A stretch of DNA of 59,936 bases from Pseudomonadota bacterium (GTDB taxonomy: Bacteria > Pseudomonadota > Alphaproteobacteria > Acetobacterales > Acetobacteraceae). The notes under the pieces were generated by a model, which saw only the letters and a list, made by a program, of their open reading frames with translations, had not been told where the DNA came from and did not search any database. The translations under genes and the position numbers were made by a program. Each line of letters starts with the position of its first letter. Positions within the stretch are counted from its first letter, which is position 1. Shown one piece after another: positions 51,348 to 59,936 of this stretch. The stretch covers positions 1 to 59,936 of the forward strand of contig JAJYXY010000052.1 in the NCBI GenBank assembly GCA_021801465.1, read 5' to 3'.

Positions 51348-54300
51348 TGCGCGGGATCCTGTTGGCGACGCTGTTGGTGACGGTGGCGCCGGCGGTGTTT
51401 GCGGCTGATGCGTCGCGCGAGGCGGTTTCGGTGCCGGTGCGGTTCGGCGCGCATGACGGGTTTACGCGCGTGGTCTTCGATTTTCCCACCGCCCCGAAAT
51501 GGCGGGTGGAGCGCCAGGGCGATACGGTGACGCTGATTTTCCCGCCCGAGGATCATGTGCAAACCCCGACCGGCGCGCCGCCGCGCGATGTGCGGGCGAT
51601 CACCGGCGGGGCTGGCCGGGTCGTCCTCATCTTGGCGCCGGGCGCGGAACTGCGGACGATGCGCATCGGCAATCGCTTAGCGCTCGATGTGCTGGCCGCC
51701 AAGGCGCCGGCCGCGACCGCGGCGGGCGCGCCGGCCCGGGCGGGTACGGCGCCAACGCGCGCGGCGAAACTGAAACAGCGTTTGCCAAAAATGGCGCCGG
51801 CCGTGGTGCCCGCCGCCGTACCGATCGCACCCGAGCCAGCCCCCGCTTTGCTCACGCCCGCCGCGATGCCGGCGGCAATCATCGCCGGCAATGAGGAGAC
51901 GCCGCGACGCCTCGCCGAGGGCGCCGCGCCCGCCGATCCCACCATGCGGGGTGCCGCGGAAAGCGCCGAGGGGGCGCAGACGCCGGAAGCGGGCGCGGGA
52001 GAGAGTCTTCCCGACGTCACGGCGCGCTTGCCCGGGGCGATCGGCCCGCTGGCGCTTGCCGCGCTTCGCGCCGAGCCGCCGGCGGAATGGGGCGGCGCGG
52101 CGATCATGCTCCCCTTTGCGCCCGGCACCGGTGCGGCGGCGTTTCGCCGCGGCCGCGAGGCGCTGGTGGTGTTCGACGATGTCCGCCCAGTTGATCTCGC
52201 GGGCTTGCGCGGTGATCCGTTTTTTGGCCACGCCGCCGTCCAGGAACTGTCGAACGGGACGTTGCTGCGTCTCCCCTTGGCGCCCGAGGCGTCGCTTGCC
52301 TTACGCCGCGGCTCGCGCGGCTGGCTTGTCGTCGAGACGGTGAAGCCGCCCCCCCTCGCGCCGATCGATCCCACCACCGAAGCCGCCGAAAAACCGGCCG
52401 CGGGTGCGATGAATCTTCTGCTCGCCGCGCATGAGGCTGCCCATGTCGTGGTGCTCGACGATCCCGAAACCGGCAGCGCGTTGCTTGTCGGCACCCAGCG
52501 AAGTGCTGGTGAGGGCGTTCTGGTCGCGCGCCAGACGCCGGAATTTTCGCTGCTCACCACTTGGATGGGGGTCGCCGTGGAGGCGTTTTCCGACCGGCCG
52601 GTGCTCCGCGTGAGCAAAGACGGGTTCGTCCTCGGCGCCGATGGCGAGCGGCCGGGTCTGGCGGTGTCGCCGATCTTGCCTGGGGATGCGGCGCTGGCAC
52701 GCGCGATGACCCTCACCCGCCATTTCGACTTCCCCAATCTGCCCGCCGCCATGCTCGAACATGATTTACAAACCGCGACCGATGACGCGGCTTCGGTGCC
52801 GCTTCGCGAGCGGGCCGGGCCACGGCGGGCGGTGGCGGCGATGATGATCGCGCTCGGTCTCGGGCCCGAGGCCGAGGCGGTTTTGCAGCTCGCCGCCGAT
52901 CAGGACCCGGTTGCCGCCAATGATGCCGATACAGTTGGCTTGACCGCGATCGCGGCGCTGGTTGCCGGGCGGCCGGCGGAGGCAAGCGGGATCGATGATC
53001 CGCGCCTGTCCGGGAGCGACGAAATCACCCTCTGGCGTGCCGTGCGCCAGGCGATGCGCGATGACCATAGCGAGGCCGCCGCCGCGGGCTTCGCCGCTGA
53101 AAACCGGCTTCTCCTTGCCTATCCCGAAGCGTTACGCACGCGCCTTTTGCCGCTTGCCGCGGAAACCATGGTCAAAGGCGGGCGCGAGGCCGATGCCGCG
53201 GCGCTACTGGCCGAGGAGAAGGGGGATGCGAGCCTCGATTTCGCACGCGCGTTGCTCGCCGAGAAGCGGGGCGATGGCAAGGCTGCGCTCGCGCTCTATG
53301 ACCAGCTCGCCGATAGCCCAGACCGCCTGATCCATGCCCGGGCCGCGCGGCATGCGGTGGATCTCAGGCTTGCGAGCGGGGCCCTGACGCCGGCGCAGGC
53401 GGCGGAGGCCGAGGATCGGCTGCTTTATGCCTGGCGTGGCGATGGGCGGGAGCTGGCCGCGCGCTTGCGGCTCGCGGCCCTGCGCCAGCAGGCGGGGCAA
53501 TGGCGCCAAGAACTCGCGTTGCTGCGCGAGAGCGAAACCCTCTTTCCGGCAGACCGCGCCGCGATCCATGCGCGGCTGGTCGCGGCCTTCGCTGATCTCC
53601 TGCACGGCAACGGCGCGGCGGCGCTATCGCCGATCGATCTCGTCGCTTTGGTGCAAGAAAACGGCGATCTCCTGCCTGAGGGGGCGGCGGGAGAGGCGTT
53701 GGTCGCGCAGTTCGCCGACCAGTTGACGGCGCTCGATCTGCCCAGCCAAGCGGCGCCCGTGCTCGAGCGCCTCATCCAGCACGCAAGCAGCGCCGGGGCG
53801 AAAGCAGCGTTTGGCGCCAAACTCGCTTCCCTGCGGTTGGATGAACATGATTATGCCGGGGCGCAAGCGGCGCTCGATGCGTCGGCCGGGGAGGGGCTTT
53901 CACCCTCGCTCATCGCCGAGCGGGCCATTCTCGCCGCCCGCGTGGCCGCCGGGCGGGGCAATCTCTCGCTCGCGATGTCGCTGCTCGCGGGCCAAACCAG
54001 TGCCGAGGCGACCGAGACGCGCGCGAGCCTCCTTGAAGCCGCGCATGATTGGCCGGCCGCCGAGAAGGCGCTCGCGGATTATGTCGCCGCGGCGATCCCT
54101 GGCGATGACTTGCTTTCCGAGGGCGAGAGCCGGATGGTTTTGCGCCTTGCGGGTGCTGCGGCGGAGGCGAATGACGAGGCGGCACTCGCCGAGTTACAGC
54201 GAAAATATGCGACACGTTTTCCCGATGGGCCGCTTTCGCAGATGTTCCGGGTGCTGACGCAAAAGCCGGTGCATGGCATGGCCGATCTCGCCCAGATTTC

Positions 54301-54373
54301 GAAAGAGATCACGGCGGCACGCGCATTGCCGTTGGCGCTGCAAGCGCTCGGCCCGGCCGCGCCAGCAAACTGA
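51347..54373 (+). CDS. Large periplasmic protein with an N-terminal beta (AMIN-like) domain and TPR-like helical repeats
   Basis: Signal peptide; VRFGAHDGFTRVVFDF; Pro/Ala linker; Ala/Leu helical repeats; TGATG-coupled to cheZ. Confidence 0.75.
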   Translation: MRGILLATLLVTVAPAVFAADASREAVSVPVRFGAHDGFTRVVFDFPTAPKWRVERQGDTVTLIFPPEDHVQTPTGAPPRDVRAITGGAGRVVLILAPGAELRTMRIGNRLALDVLAAKAPAATAAGAPARAGTAPTRAAKLKQRLPKMAPAVVPAAVPIAPEPAPALLTPAAMPAAIIAGNEETPRRLAEGAAPADPTMRGAAESAEGAQTPEAGAGESLPDVTARLPGAIGPLALAALRAEPPAEWGGAAIMLPFAPGTGAAAFRRGREALVVFDDVRPVDLAGLRGDPFFGHAAVQELSNGTLLRLPLAPEASLALRRGSRGWLVVETVKPPPLAPIDPTTEAAEKPAAGAMNLLLAAHEAAHVVVLDDPETGSALLVGTQRSAGEGVLVARQTPEFSLLTTWMGVAVEAFSDRPVLRVSKDGFVLGADGERPGLAVSPILPGDAALARAMTLTRHFDFPNLPAAMLEHDLQTATDDAASVPLRERAGPRRAVAAMMIALGLGPEAEAVLQLAADQDPVAANDADTVGLTAIAALVAGRPAEASGIDDPRLSGSDEITLWRAVRQAMRDDHSEAAAAGFAAENRLLLAYPEALRTRLLPLAAETMVKGGREADAAALLAEEKGDASLDFARALLAEKRGDGKAALALYDQLADSPDRLIHARAARHAVDLRLASGALTPAQAAEAEDRLLYAWRGDGRELAARLRLAALRQQAGQWRQELALLRESETLFPADRAAIHARLVAAFADLLHGNGAAALSPIDLVALVQENGDLLPEGAAGEALVAQFADQLTALDLPSQAAPVLERLIQHASSAGAKAAFGAKLASLRLDEHDYAGAQAALDASAGEGLSPSLIAERAILAARVAAGRGNLSLAMSLLAGQTSAEATETRASLLEAAHDWPAAEKALADYVAAAIPGDDLLSEGESRMVLRLAGAAAEANDEAALAELQRKYATRFPDGPLSQMFRVLTQKPVHGMADLAQISKEITAARALPLALQALGPAAPAN

Positions 54374-54498
54374 AATAAGTCACACAAATCGTCATTTTTG
54401 GCCTTGCGCTCAGGCGCGAGTTCCCTTAATCCCGCCGCTTCTTGGCCCAAGGGGGCGATCGCCCAACAGGCCGTCTACTGGTAGGACAGGAGTACGCG

Positions 54499-54984
54499 AT
54501 GAACGCACTCAGCCCGCTGGGGATGGTCTCGGAGATTCCGAGCAGCAACCAGGCTTTCTCTGGCCCCCAAACAGGCCATCACGTTTCGCCGGCCGGGGCC
54601 GATGCGGAGGCGAAGGATTACTTCGTCACGCGGGACGGCCAGGTATTCGCCGGCATGCATTTGCTGGTCGATCTTTGGGGCGCTGGCGCGCTCAACGACC
54701 CGGCGGTGATCGATGTCGCCCTGCGCGAGGCCGCCTTGGCTGCGGGGGCGACGATCCTGCACAGCCATTTCCACCATTTTTCGCCGAATGGCGGTGTCTC
54801 GGGTGTGGTGGTGCTCGCCGAAAGCCATATCTCTATCCATACTTGGCCCGAGCGCAATTTTGCCGCGATCGATATTTTCATGTGCGGCGCGTGCGATCCG
54901 CACAAGGCGGTGCCGGTTCTGCGCGCCGCCTTCACGCCCGAGCGTGTCGAGCTCAGCGAGCAACGGCGCGGCCTCGTCGGGTAA
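54499..54984 (+). CDS. speD: S-adenosylmethionine decarboxylase proenzyme
   Basis: [21 protein letters not shown] (ES cleavage site), DIFMCG; AGGAG RBS. Confidence 0.95.
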   Translation: MNALSPLGMVSEIPSSNQAFSGPQTGHHVSPAGADAEAKDYFVTRDGQVFAGMHLLVDLWGAGALNDPAVIDVALREAALAAGATILHSHFHHFSPNGGVSGVVVLAESHISIHTWPERNFAAIDIFMCGACDPHKAVPVLRAAFTPERVELSEQRRGLVG

Positions 54985-55847
54985 TGCCAAGCGAAGTCTG
55001 GGCGAACGAGACGCTGTATCCGCATTGGGGGCAGCGTTTTTCCATGGTGCGCGAGCTTGCGCGTACCAAAAGCGCTTTTCAAGACATCATGATTTTCGAA
55101 AGCGCCTCGCACGGGCGGGTGATGTTGCTCGATGGCGTGGTGCAGATCACCGAGGCGGATGAGTTCGTCTATCAGGAAATGATCGCCCATGTGCCGCTGT
55201 TGGCGCATGGTGCGGCGGCGCGGGTGCTGATCATCGGTGCGGGGGATGGTGGCGTTTTGCGCCGGGTGCTTGCCCATCGCGGCGTCACGCGTGCGGTCAT
55301 GGTCGAAATCGATAGCGAAGTGATCAGGCTCGCGCGCGAATTCATGCCCGCGATCGCGGGCAACGCCTGGCATGATCCACGCGCCGAGATCATCGTCGGT
55401 GATGGAATCGATTACGTCGCGAAAGCGCCCGATGGCGCCTTTGACGTCATCATCGTCGACTCGACCGACCCGATCGGGGTTGGCGAGGTTTTGTTCACTG
55501 ATGAATTCTATGCGCATTCGGCGCGAATTCTGTCCTCGCGCGGCCTGATCGTGAACCAATGCGGGGTTCCCTTTATGCAGGCGGACGAGCTCCGCGAAAC
55601 GAGCGCCCGGCGCCGGCGCGCGTTTGCGCATGTCGGTGCCTATGTCGTCGCGGTGCCAACCTATGTCGGCGGGTTTATGACCCTCGGGTTCGCCGCCAAG
55701 GTCGCCGGGCTCGACGCCGTTGCGCCGGCGGAGCTTCGGACCCGCGCCGCAGGGGCAGGGATCCTCGGCGCCACCCGCTATTGGACGCCCGAGGTGCATG
55801 CCGCCGCCTTTGCGCTGCCGCCTTATATCGCCGAGGCGCTCAGCTAG
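54984..55847 (+). CDS. speE: Spermidine synthase (polyamine aminopropyltransferase)
   Basis: LLDGVVQITEADEFVYQEM, IIGAGDGG, VEID, DVIIVDSTDP; TAATG-coupled to speD. Confidence 0.95.
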   Translation: MPSEVWANETLYPHWGQRFSMVRELARTKSAFQDIMIFESASHGRVMLLDGVVQITEADEFVYQEMIAHVPLLAHGAAARVLIIGAGDGGVLRRVLAHRGVTRAVMVEIDSEVIRLAREFMPAIAGNAWHDPRAEIIVGDGIDYVAKAPDGAFDVIIVDSTDPIGVGEVLFTDEFYAHSARILSSRGLIVNQCGVPFMQADELRETSARRRRAFAHVGAYVVAVPTYVGGFMTLGFAAKVAGLDAVAPAELRTRAAGAGILGATRYWTPEVHAAAFALPPYIAEALS

Positions 55848-55860
55848 GCGCCAGGGCTGG

Positions 55861-57159
55861 CTACATCTGCCCCGGAAGCCAGGTGGAAATCGCGGGAAAC
55901 GCGATCAGAATGCAAAGCCGGACGATGTCGGTGATCACGAACGGGATGACGCCGGCGAAAATCGTCGCGATGCCGACCTCGCCGATCACGCTTTTGATGA
56001 CGAACACATTCATCCCGACGGGCGGATGAATGAGCCCAAGCTCCACCGTCATGACGATGATGACGCCGAACCAGATCGGATCGAAACCGAGCGTGGTGAT
56101 CAGCGGAAAGACGATCGGGATGGTGAGAATGACCATCGCCATCGCATCCATCACGCAGCCGAGGCCGAGATACATCAGCATGATCAGCGCGAGAATGCCA
56201 TAACGCCCGATCCCGAGCCCGGCGAGCGCCGCCGTCAGATGCTGCGGCGTTTGCGTCACCGTCAGAAAATAGCCGAACAAAAGCGCGCCGATGAGGATGG
56301 TGAAGATCGCAGCGCTGGTGCGGACCGCGCGCATCAGGCACTGCATGAGCTGCGGCGCTGAGAGCCGGCGGCGGAAGATGGCGATGAGAAAGGCGCCGCC
56401 CGCGCCCATGCTCGCCGCCTCGGTCGCGGTGAACATGCCGCCATAGAGCCCGCCGACGACGAACAGGAACAAAAGACCGATCGCCCAGACCCCGCGCACT
56501 GCCGCCAGCCGTTCGGCCCAGGTGGCGCGCGGCGTGGTCGGCAGAAACCCCGGGCGGAGTGCTCCGATCAGGGTGATGGTCGCAAGATACATCGCGATCG
56601 CGAGCAGGCCCGGCAGGACCCCGGCGATATAGAGCTTTCCGACATCCTGCTGGGTGATGAGGCTATAGACCGCAAGCACGATCGAGGGCGGCAGAATGGC
56701 GCCGAGCGTGCCACCCGCGGCGATGACGCCGGCGGCGAAACTCTGCGGGTAATGAAAGCGCCGCATCTCGGGGTAGGCGACGGCGGAAAACGTCGCCGCG
56801 GTCGCGACCGAGGAGCCGGAGATGGCGGCGAACCCGGCGCAAGCGGCAATCGTCGCCATGCCGAGCCCGCCGCGGCGATGGCCAAGAAAACTATGCGCCG
56901 CCTTGAACAATTCCGTGCTCATGCCGGATTCGGAGGCGATCGCGCCCATCAGCAGGAACATCGGGATTACCGCGAAACCGGCATCGGTCGCCGTCCGGAT
57001 CGGCGATTGCGCGAGCAGCTTGAGCGCCGGCGCGAAACCCGCGATGCAGCCGAAACCGCCCACCCCGACCAAGCCCATGGCTATGCCGACCGGCACACGA
57101 AGCAGCATCAGGGCGAACAGGACGACGAACCCGAGGATCGCGATCAGACCAGGGTCCAT
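55861..57159 (-). CDS. dctM: TRAP transporter large permease
   Basis: IPMFLLMG, FAAISGSSVATA, GTLGAILPPS, HPPVGMNVF. Confidence 0.94.
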   Translation of the reverse strand: MDPGLIAILGFVVLFALMLLRVPVGIAMGLVGVGGFGCIAGFAPALKLLAQSPIRTATDAGFAVIPMFLLMGAIASESGMSTELFKAAHSFLGHRRGGLGMATIAACAGFAAISGSSVATAATFSAVAYPEMRRFHYPQSFAAGVIAAGGTLGAILPPSIVLAVYSLITQQDVGKLYIAGVLPGLLAIAMYLATITLIGALRPGFLPTTPRATWAERLAAVRGVWAIGLLFLFVVGGLYGGMFTATEAASMGAGGAFLIAIFRRRLSAPQLMQCLMRAVRTSAAIFTILIGALLFGYFLTVTQTPQHLTAALAGLGIGRYGILALIMLMYLGLGCVMDAMAMVILTIPIVFPLITTLGFDPIWFGVIIVMTVELGLIHPPVGMNVFVIKSVIGEVGIATIFAGVIPFVITDIVRLCILIAFPAISTWLPGQM

Positions 57160-57195
57160 GTCATCGTTCCAAAGAAGAAAAAATCACCCAAAAAT

Positions 57196-57332
57196 CTTCT
57201 TTTTCTGAAGAAAAAGAAGCAAAAAGACTTTTATCCGGTTCTCTCGGCGCGGCGATTTTCCGCGGAGCGGGCCGTGCCGCAGGCACCGCCCAACAGGAAA
57301 AAGTTTTTTGGTTCTTTTTTTCAAAAAAGAAC
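57196..57332. repeat. Inverted pair of AT-rich hairpin repeats (copies D and E) around a ~63-bp GC-rich spacer; MITE/REPIN-like
   Basis: CTTCTTTTTCTGAAGAAAAAGAAG-CAAAAAGACTTTTAT (57196-57234) ... AAAAAGTTTTTTG-GTTCTTTTTTTCAAAAAAGAAC (57298-57332), between dctQ and dctM. Confidence 0.88.
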
Positions 57333-57333
57333 A

Positions 57334-57801
57334 TTATTTTCTTCCCTGCGTCGGCTGAAACAGACGCACCAGCGCCAGCAAGAAGCCGCTCGCGAAGCCG
57401 AGCCAGGCCACCGCCTGAAACGGCCAGAGCGGCAAATTGAGGTCGTAGCTTGCCTCGCCGCTTGTCTTGGTATCGAGCGTTTTCATTGCCATCGTCCAGG
57501 CAAGCGCGGCCATCGCAAACGCGAGCACGGCGTCATCAAAGCGTGCAAGCAGGCGCCGCGCCGGCGCTGGGGCTGCGTTCCAGAGGAGGTCGACGGTAAT
57601 GTGCTCACCACGATAGCCGGTGACGGCGATGCCCCAGAAGATCAGGATGCCGAGGAGATTGCGCCCGAGATCGTAGCTGTCTGGGATCGACCAGTTGAAC
57701 ACGTAGCGCAGCACCACCGAGACGAAGGTGAGTGCAGTGACGAGGGCGAGCAGCGCACCGGCAGCCCGCTCGATCGCGCCGATCAGGCGAAAGCCGCCCA
57801 T
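57334..57801 (-). CDS. dctQ: TRAP transporter small permease
   Basis: Four TM segments; VVLRYVFN, GEHITVDLL. Confidence 0.92.
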   Translation of the reverse strand: MGGFRLIGAIERAAGALLALVTALTFVSVVLRYVFNWSIPDSYDLGRNLLGILIFWGIAVTGYRGEHITVDLLWNAAPAPARRLLARFDDAVLAFAMAALAWTMAMKTLDTKTSGEASYDLNLPLWPFQAVAWLGFASGFLLALVRLFQPTQGRK

Positions 57802-57809
57802 TGCCGCGT

Positions 57810-58856
57810 TCAGTATTGCGCGTGGTGGGCGGCGAGGCTGGCGTCGAACGCCGCGGCGATGGCGTCTGGGTCGCTGCCGGCACGTTTGACCGTGGCCGCC
57901 CAGTCCTGGTGGAGCGGCGCCGCCGCGTCACGCCAGGCTTTGAGCTGGTCGGGGTTCAAGGTCAGGATGGTCTGACCCGGCTCGGCGGCGACCTTGGCGC
58001 GGCCGGCGACCTCGAAATCGGCCCAGGGGCTGGCGAAACGCACTGCCCAGTCGGCGTTGCAATGGGCGTCGATCACCGCTTTCTGGTCGGGCGCGAGGCC
58101 GTCATAGCGCGCCTTGTTCATGACCCAGACAAAGGTGGTGACATAGAAATTGGCATCGATATGGTATTTCACGACCTTGTCGATGCCAAACAGCACGAGC
58201 GAGCCCCAGGGGAAGAAAATCCCGTCCGCGACGCGGCGTTCGAGCAGGTCGCGCGCGGCCGGCGCCGAGGCCTGGACATTGGTGCCGCCGAGCAACGTGA
58301 CGAAATTGCCGATCGTCGCATCCGCCGGCCGCAGCTTGAGGCCGCGGATATCGGCCGGCATAAGAACCTGCCGGCGGGTGTGCAGCGTTCCGGGGTCGTG
58401 CATGAAGGCGAAACAGTAATGCACATCCTTCATCTCGCGCGCGGCGTAGGCGCGATACCAGTCATCGAGGGCGGCGGTGCCGGTTTTGGCGTCGTGATAC
58501 TGAAACGGCAAATCGCTGAGGGCGATAATCGGAAACCGGCCGGGCTGATAGCCGGGGTTGACGAAACTCACATCGGCGATGCCGTCACGCGCGAGGTCGT
58601 AATGGTCGAACGCCTTGCCGAGCTGCTCAGCGGGAAATATCACCGAGGTGAGCGAGCCATGGGAATCGGCCTTGATCGAGGCCGCCCATTCCTCCACCGA
58701 TTTTTGCAGCGGATGCGCCGGTGGCAGCCAGTGCGCGAGTTTCAGCTCGACCTTCTGGTCCTCCGCCCGCGCAAGACCGGGAAGGGCAAAGGCCGCGAGC
58801 AGCCCGACCGCAAGGCCGGCAAGCCGAAGCCGCCGAGATTTCTTTGCTTTTCCCAT
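57810..58856 (-). CDS. dctP: TRAP transporter substrate-binding protein
   Basis: Signal peptide; LKLAHWLPPAHP, PGYQPGRFP, GLKLR (carboxylate-binding Arg), VMNK. Start uncertain. Confidence 0.92.
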   Translation of the reverse strand: MGKAKKSRRLRLAGLAVGLLAAFALPGLARAEDQKVELKLAHWLPPAHPLQKSVEEWAASIKADSHGSLTSVIFPAEQLGKAFDHYDLARDGIADVSFVNPGYQPGRFPIIALSDLPFQYHDAKTGTAALDDWYRAYAAREMKDVHYCFAFMHDPGTLHTRRQVLMPADIRGLKLRPADATIGNFVTLLGGTNVQASAPAARDLLERRVADGIFFPWGSLVLFGIDKVVKYHIDANFYVTTFVWVMNKARYDGLAPDQKAVIDAHCNADWAVRFASPWADFEVAGRAKVAAEPGQTILTLNPDQLKAWRDAAAPLHQDWAATVKRAGSDPDAIAAAFDASLAAHHAQY

Positions 58857-59003
58857 GGATTTTGTCAATTTTTCCTCCCGTGGCGACACCGAGCGGCGCC
58901 GTGTGATGGTTATTATTCATAGATATCGGCGCCGTTCAATCGGGTGCGCTTTGGCGCCCTATCTCGGCCGATATGGGCGCGAAAGCGGGTGGAGATCCCA
59001 GGG

Positions 59004-59644
59004 TCAAAGATGCCAGGCGAGCATCATGAAGCCGTAATTGGCGTCTTTGCCGAGTGGATAGTTCGCGGCGATGACGGCGCCACCGGAAACATGGCCGAAA
59101 TACCAGCTAAGGGAAAGCCGCTGGTTCAGCCGGTGAGGCCGAACCCATCGAATTGCCTGGGATCGAGGGAGATGAAAGCCCGTTTGAGAAAGATTGCGGA
59201 GGCGTCACGGGTGCCGTTCGCCGCGTAATAGGTCGCGCCCATGCCGAGCTCGCCTTGCGGATAGGTGGCAATGGCATGTGTCGGGAGATCGGACAAACCG
59301 GGGCTCAACGCTTCTGCGTAAAACGTAATGCCGGAATTGAAATGATAGCCGAGACCCAGGCGCATGAATTCCTGTGCGAACGCATAGCTGTTGGCAAAAT
59401 TTTCACCCTCTTTCGGGGTCGCCGTGAACCATTGTTCGGCCGGCGTCATCGCGATGCCCGCCGCGGAGTAGAAAAGAGAGCCCTTTGAGCTGGCAAAAAG
59501 ATTAACTGTGGAAATTCCGTCCGCGGCGTCGCCGTTATCACCGACCATGTCTGCATGCGTGGGCGAAGAGGCTTCCAAAATCCCTATCATCAAAACAAAT
59601 ATACCAATAATTACAATAGGAGCTCGGGTATTTTTCTTGGACGT
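59004..59644 (-). pseudogene. Internally deleted outer-membrane beta-barrel gene (alginate-export-family-like)
   Basis: N-part ...PQGELGMGATYYAAN...FLKRAF stops at 59126. Another frame continues LNQRLSLSWYFGHVSGGAVIAANYPLGKDANYGFMMLAWHL* (stop 59004), a barrel-like C-terminus. The signal peptide begins at ACG 59644 instead of ATG. Confidence 0.65.
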
Positions 59645-59868
59645 TATTTTTTGTGGTTCTGGCGCGGTCGATCCCTTCTTTTGCGTCGTTTATCGTGCGC
59701 TGAGATATGGCGCTGAGATATGGCGCGAAAATCGGGAAAACCCTGATCTAAATCATTGCGCGGGCCTCTGCGCGTGTCGCCGCAGCTGAGGGAGGCGCAC
59801 CGTGCCATGGTGCGCCGAGCGGTGTTGCTGAAGTTCAACGGTGCGGGCCCGTTTCCCGAATTGTGAGA

Positions 59869-59880
59869 TGAATCGTTTCA
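59869..59880. promoter_or_regulatory. LacI-family (Cra/FruR-like) operator candidate
   Basis: TGAATCGTTTCA, a CG-centred imperfect palindrome in intergenic DNA. Confidence 0.4.
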
Positions 59881-59936
59881 ATGGGTTACGCAACGGGCGG
59901 GGCGATTTTCCGCTGGAATGTGGTGCCACGTTTTGC

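Noticed and set aside
54273-54983. N-terminal extension of the 524-aa 'speE' ORF, or a speD-speE fusion
   Set aside because: The extension is an off-frame overlap of speD; speE starts at the TAATG junction (54984).

Overview
GC-rich alphaproteobacterial chromosome segment whose gene set and repeats suggest an acidophilic Acetobacteraceae/Rhodospirillales organism (inference). It very probably spans the replication origin: a DnaA-box-containing intergenic region between the divergent DUF299/ppsR and hemE genes (~32.9-33.2 kb), with dnaA ~9 kb to the right. Core genes are parC (partial), recO, the Suv3-like helicase-S4-fdxA-carD cluster, apt, chorismate mutase-hisC-tyrA, metXW, maf-ppsR, hemEHJ, coaBC-ubiE, mutM, rpsT, dnaA, a flagellar/chemotaxis block (flgFG-flgA-flgH; fliL-fliM-DUF-motE-cheY-cheZ-large TPR-like protein), speDE and a TRAP transporter. 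Accessory content is a surface-glycan tailoring cluster and a ~7 kb block between metW and maf. Best candidates for something new: (1) a PQQ dehydrogenase-cytochrome c-'J protein' operon whose enzyme has the lanthanide-type D-x-D active site but lacks the vicinal Cys-Cys disulfide; (2) the adjacent 1391-aa GAF3-GGDEF-globin-GAF-EAL protein with Tyr at the expected proximal His and a CZB-like tail; (3) an AT-rich hairpin repeat family with compensatory stem changes that occurs as inverted pairs, once nearly empty and once bracketing a two-gene cargo. An internally deleted porin pseudogene lies at the right end. No rRNA, tRNA, CRISPR array or transposase was recognised. All calls come from reading motifs by eye; no searches were run.
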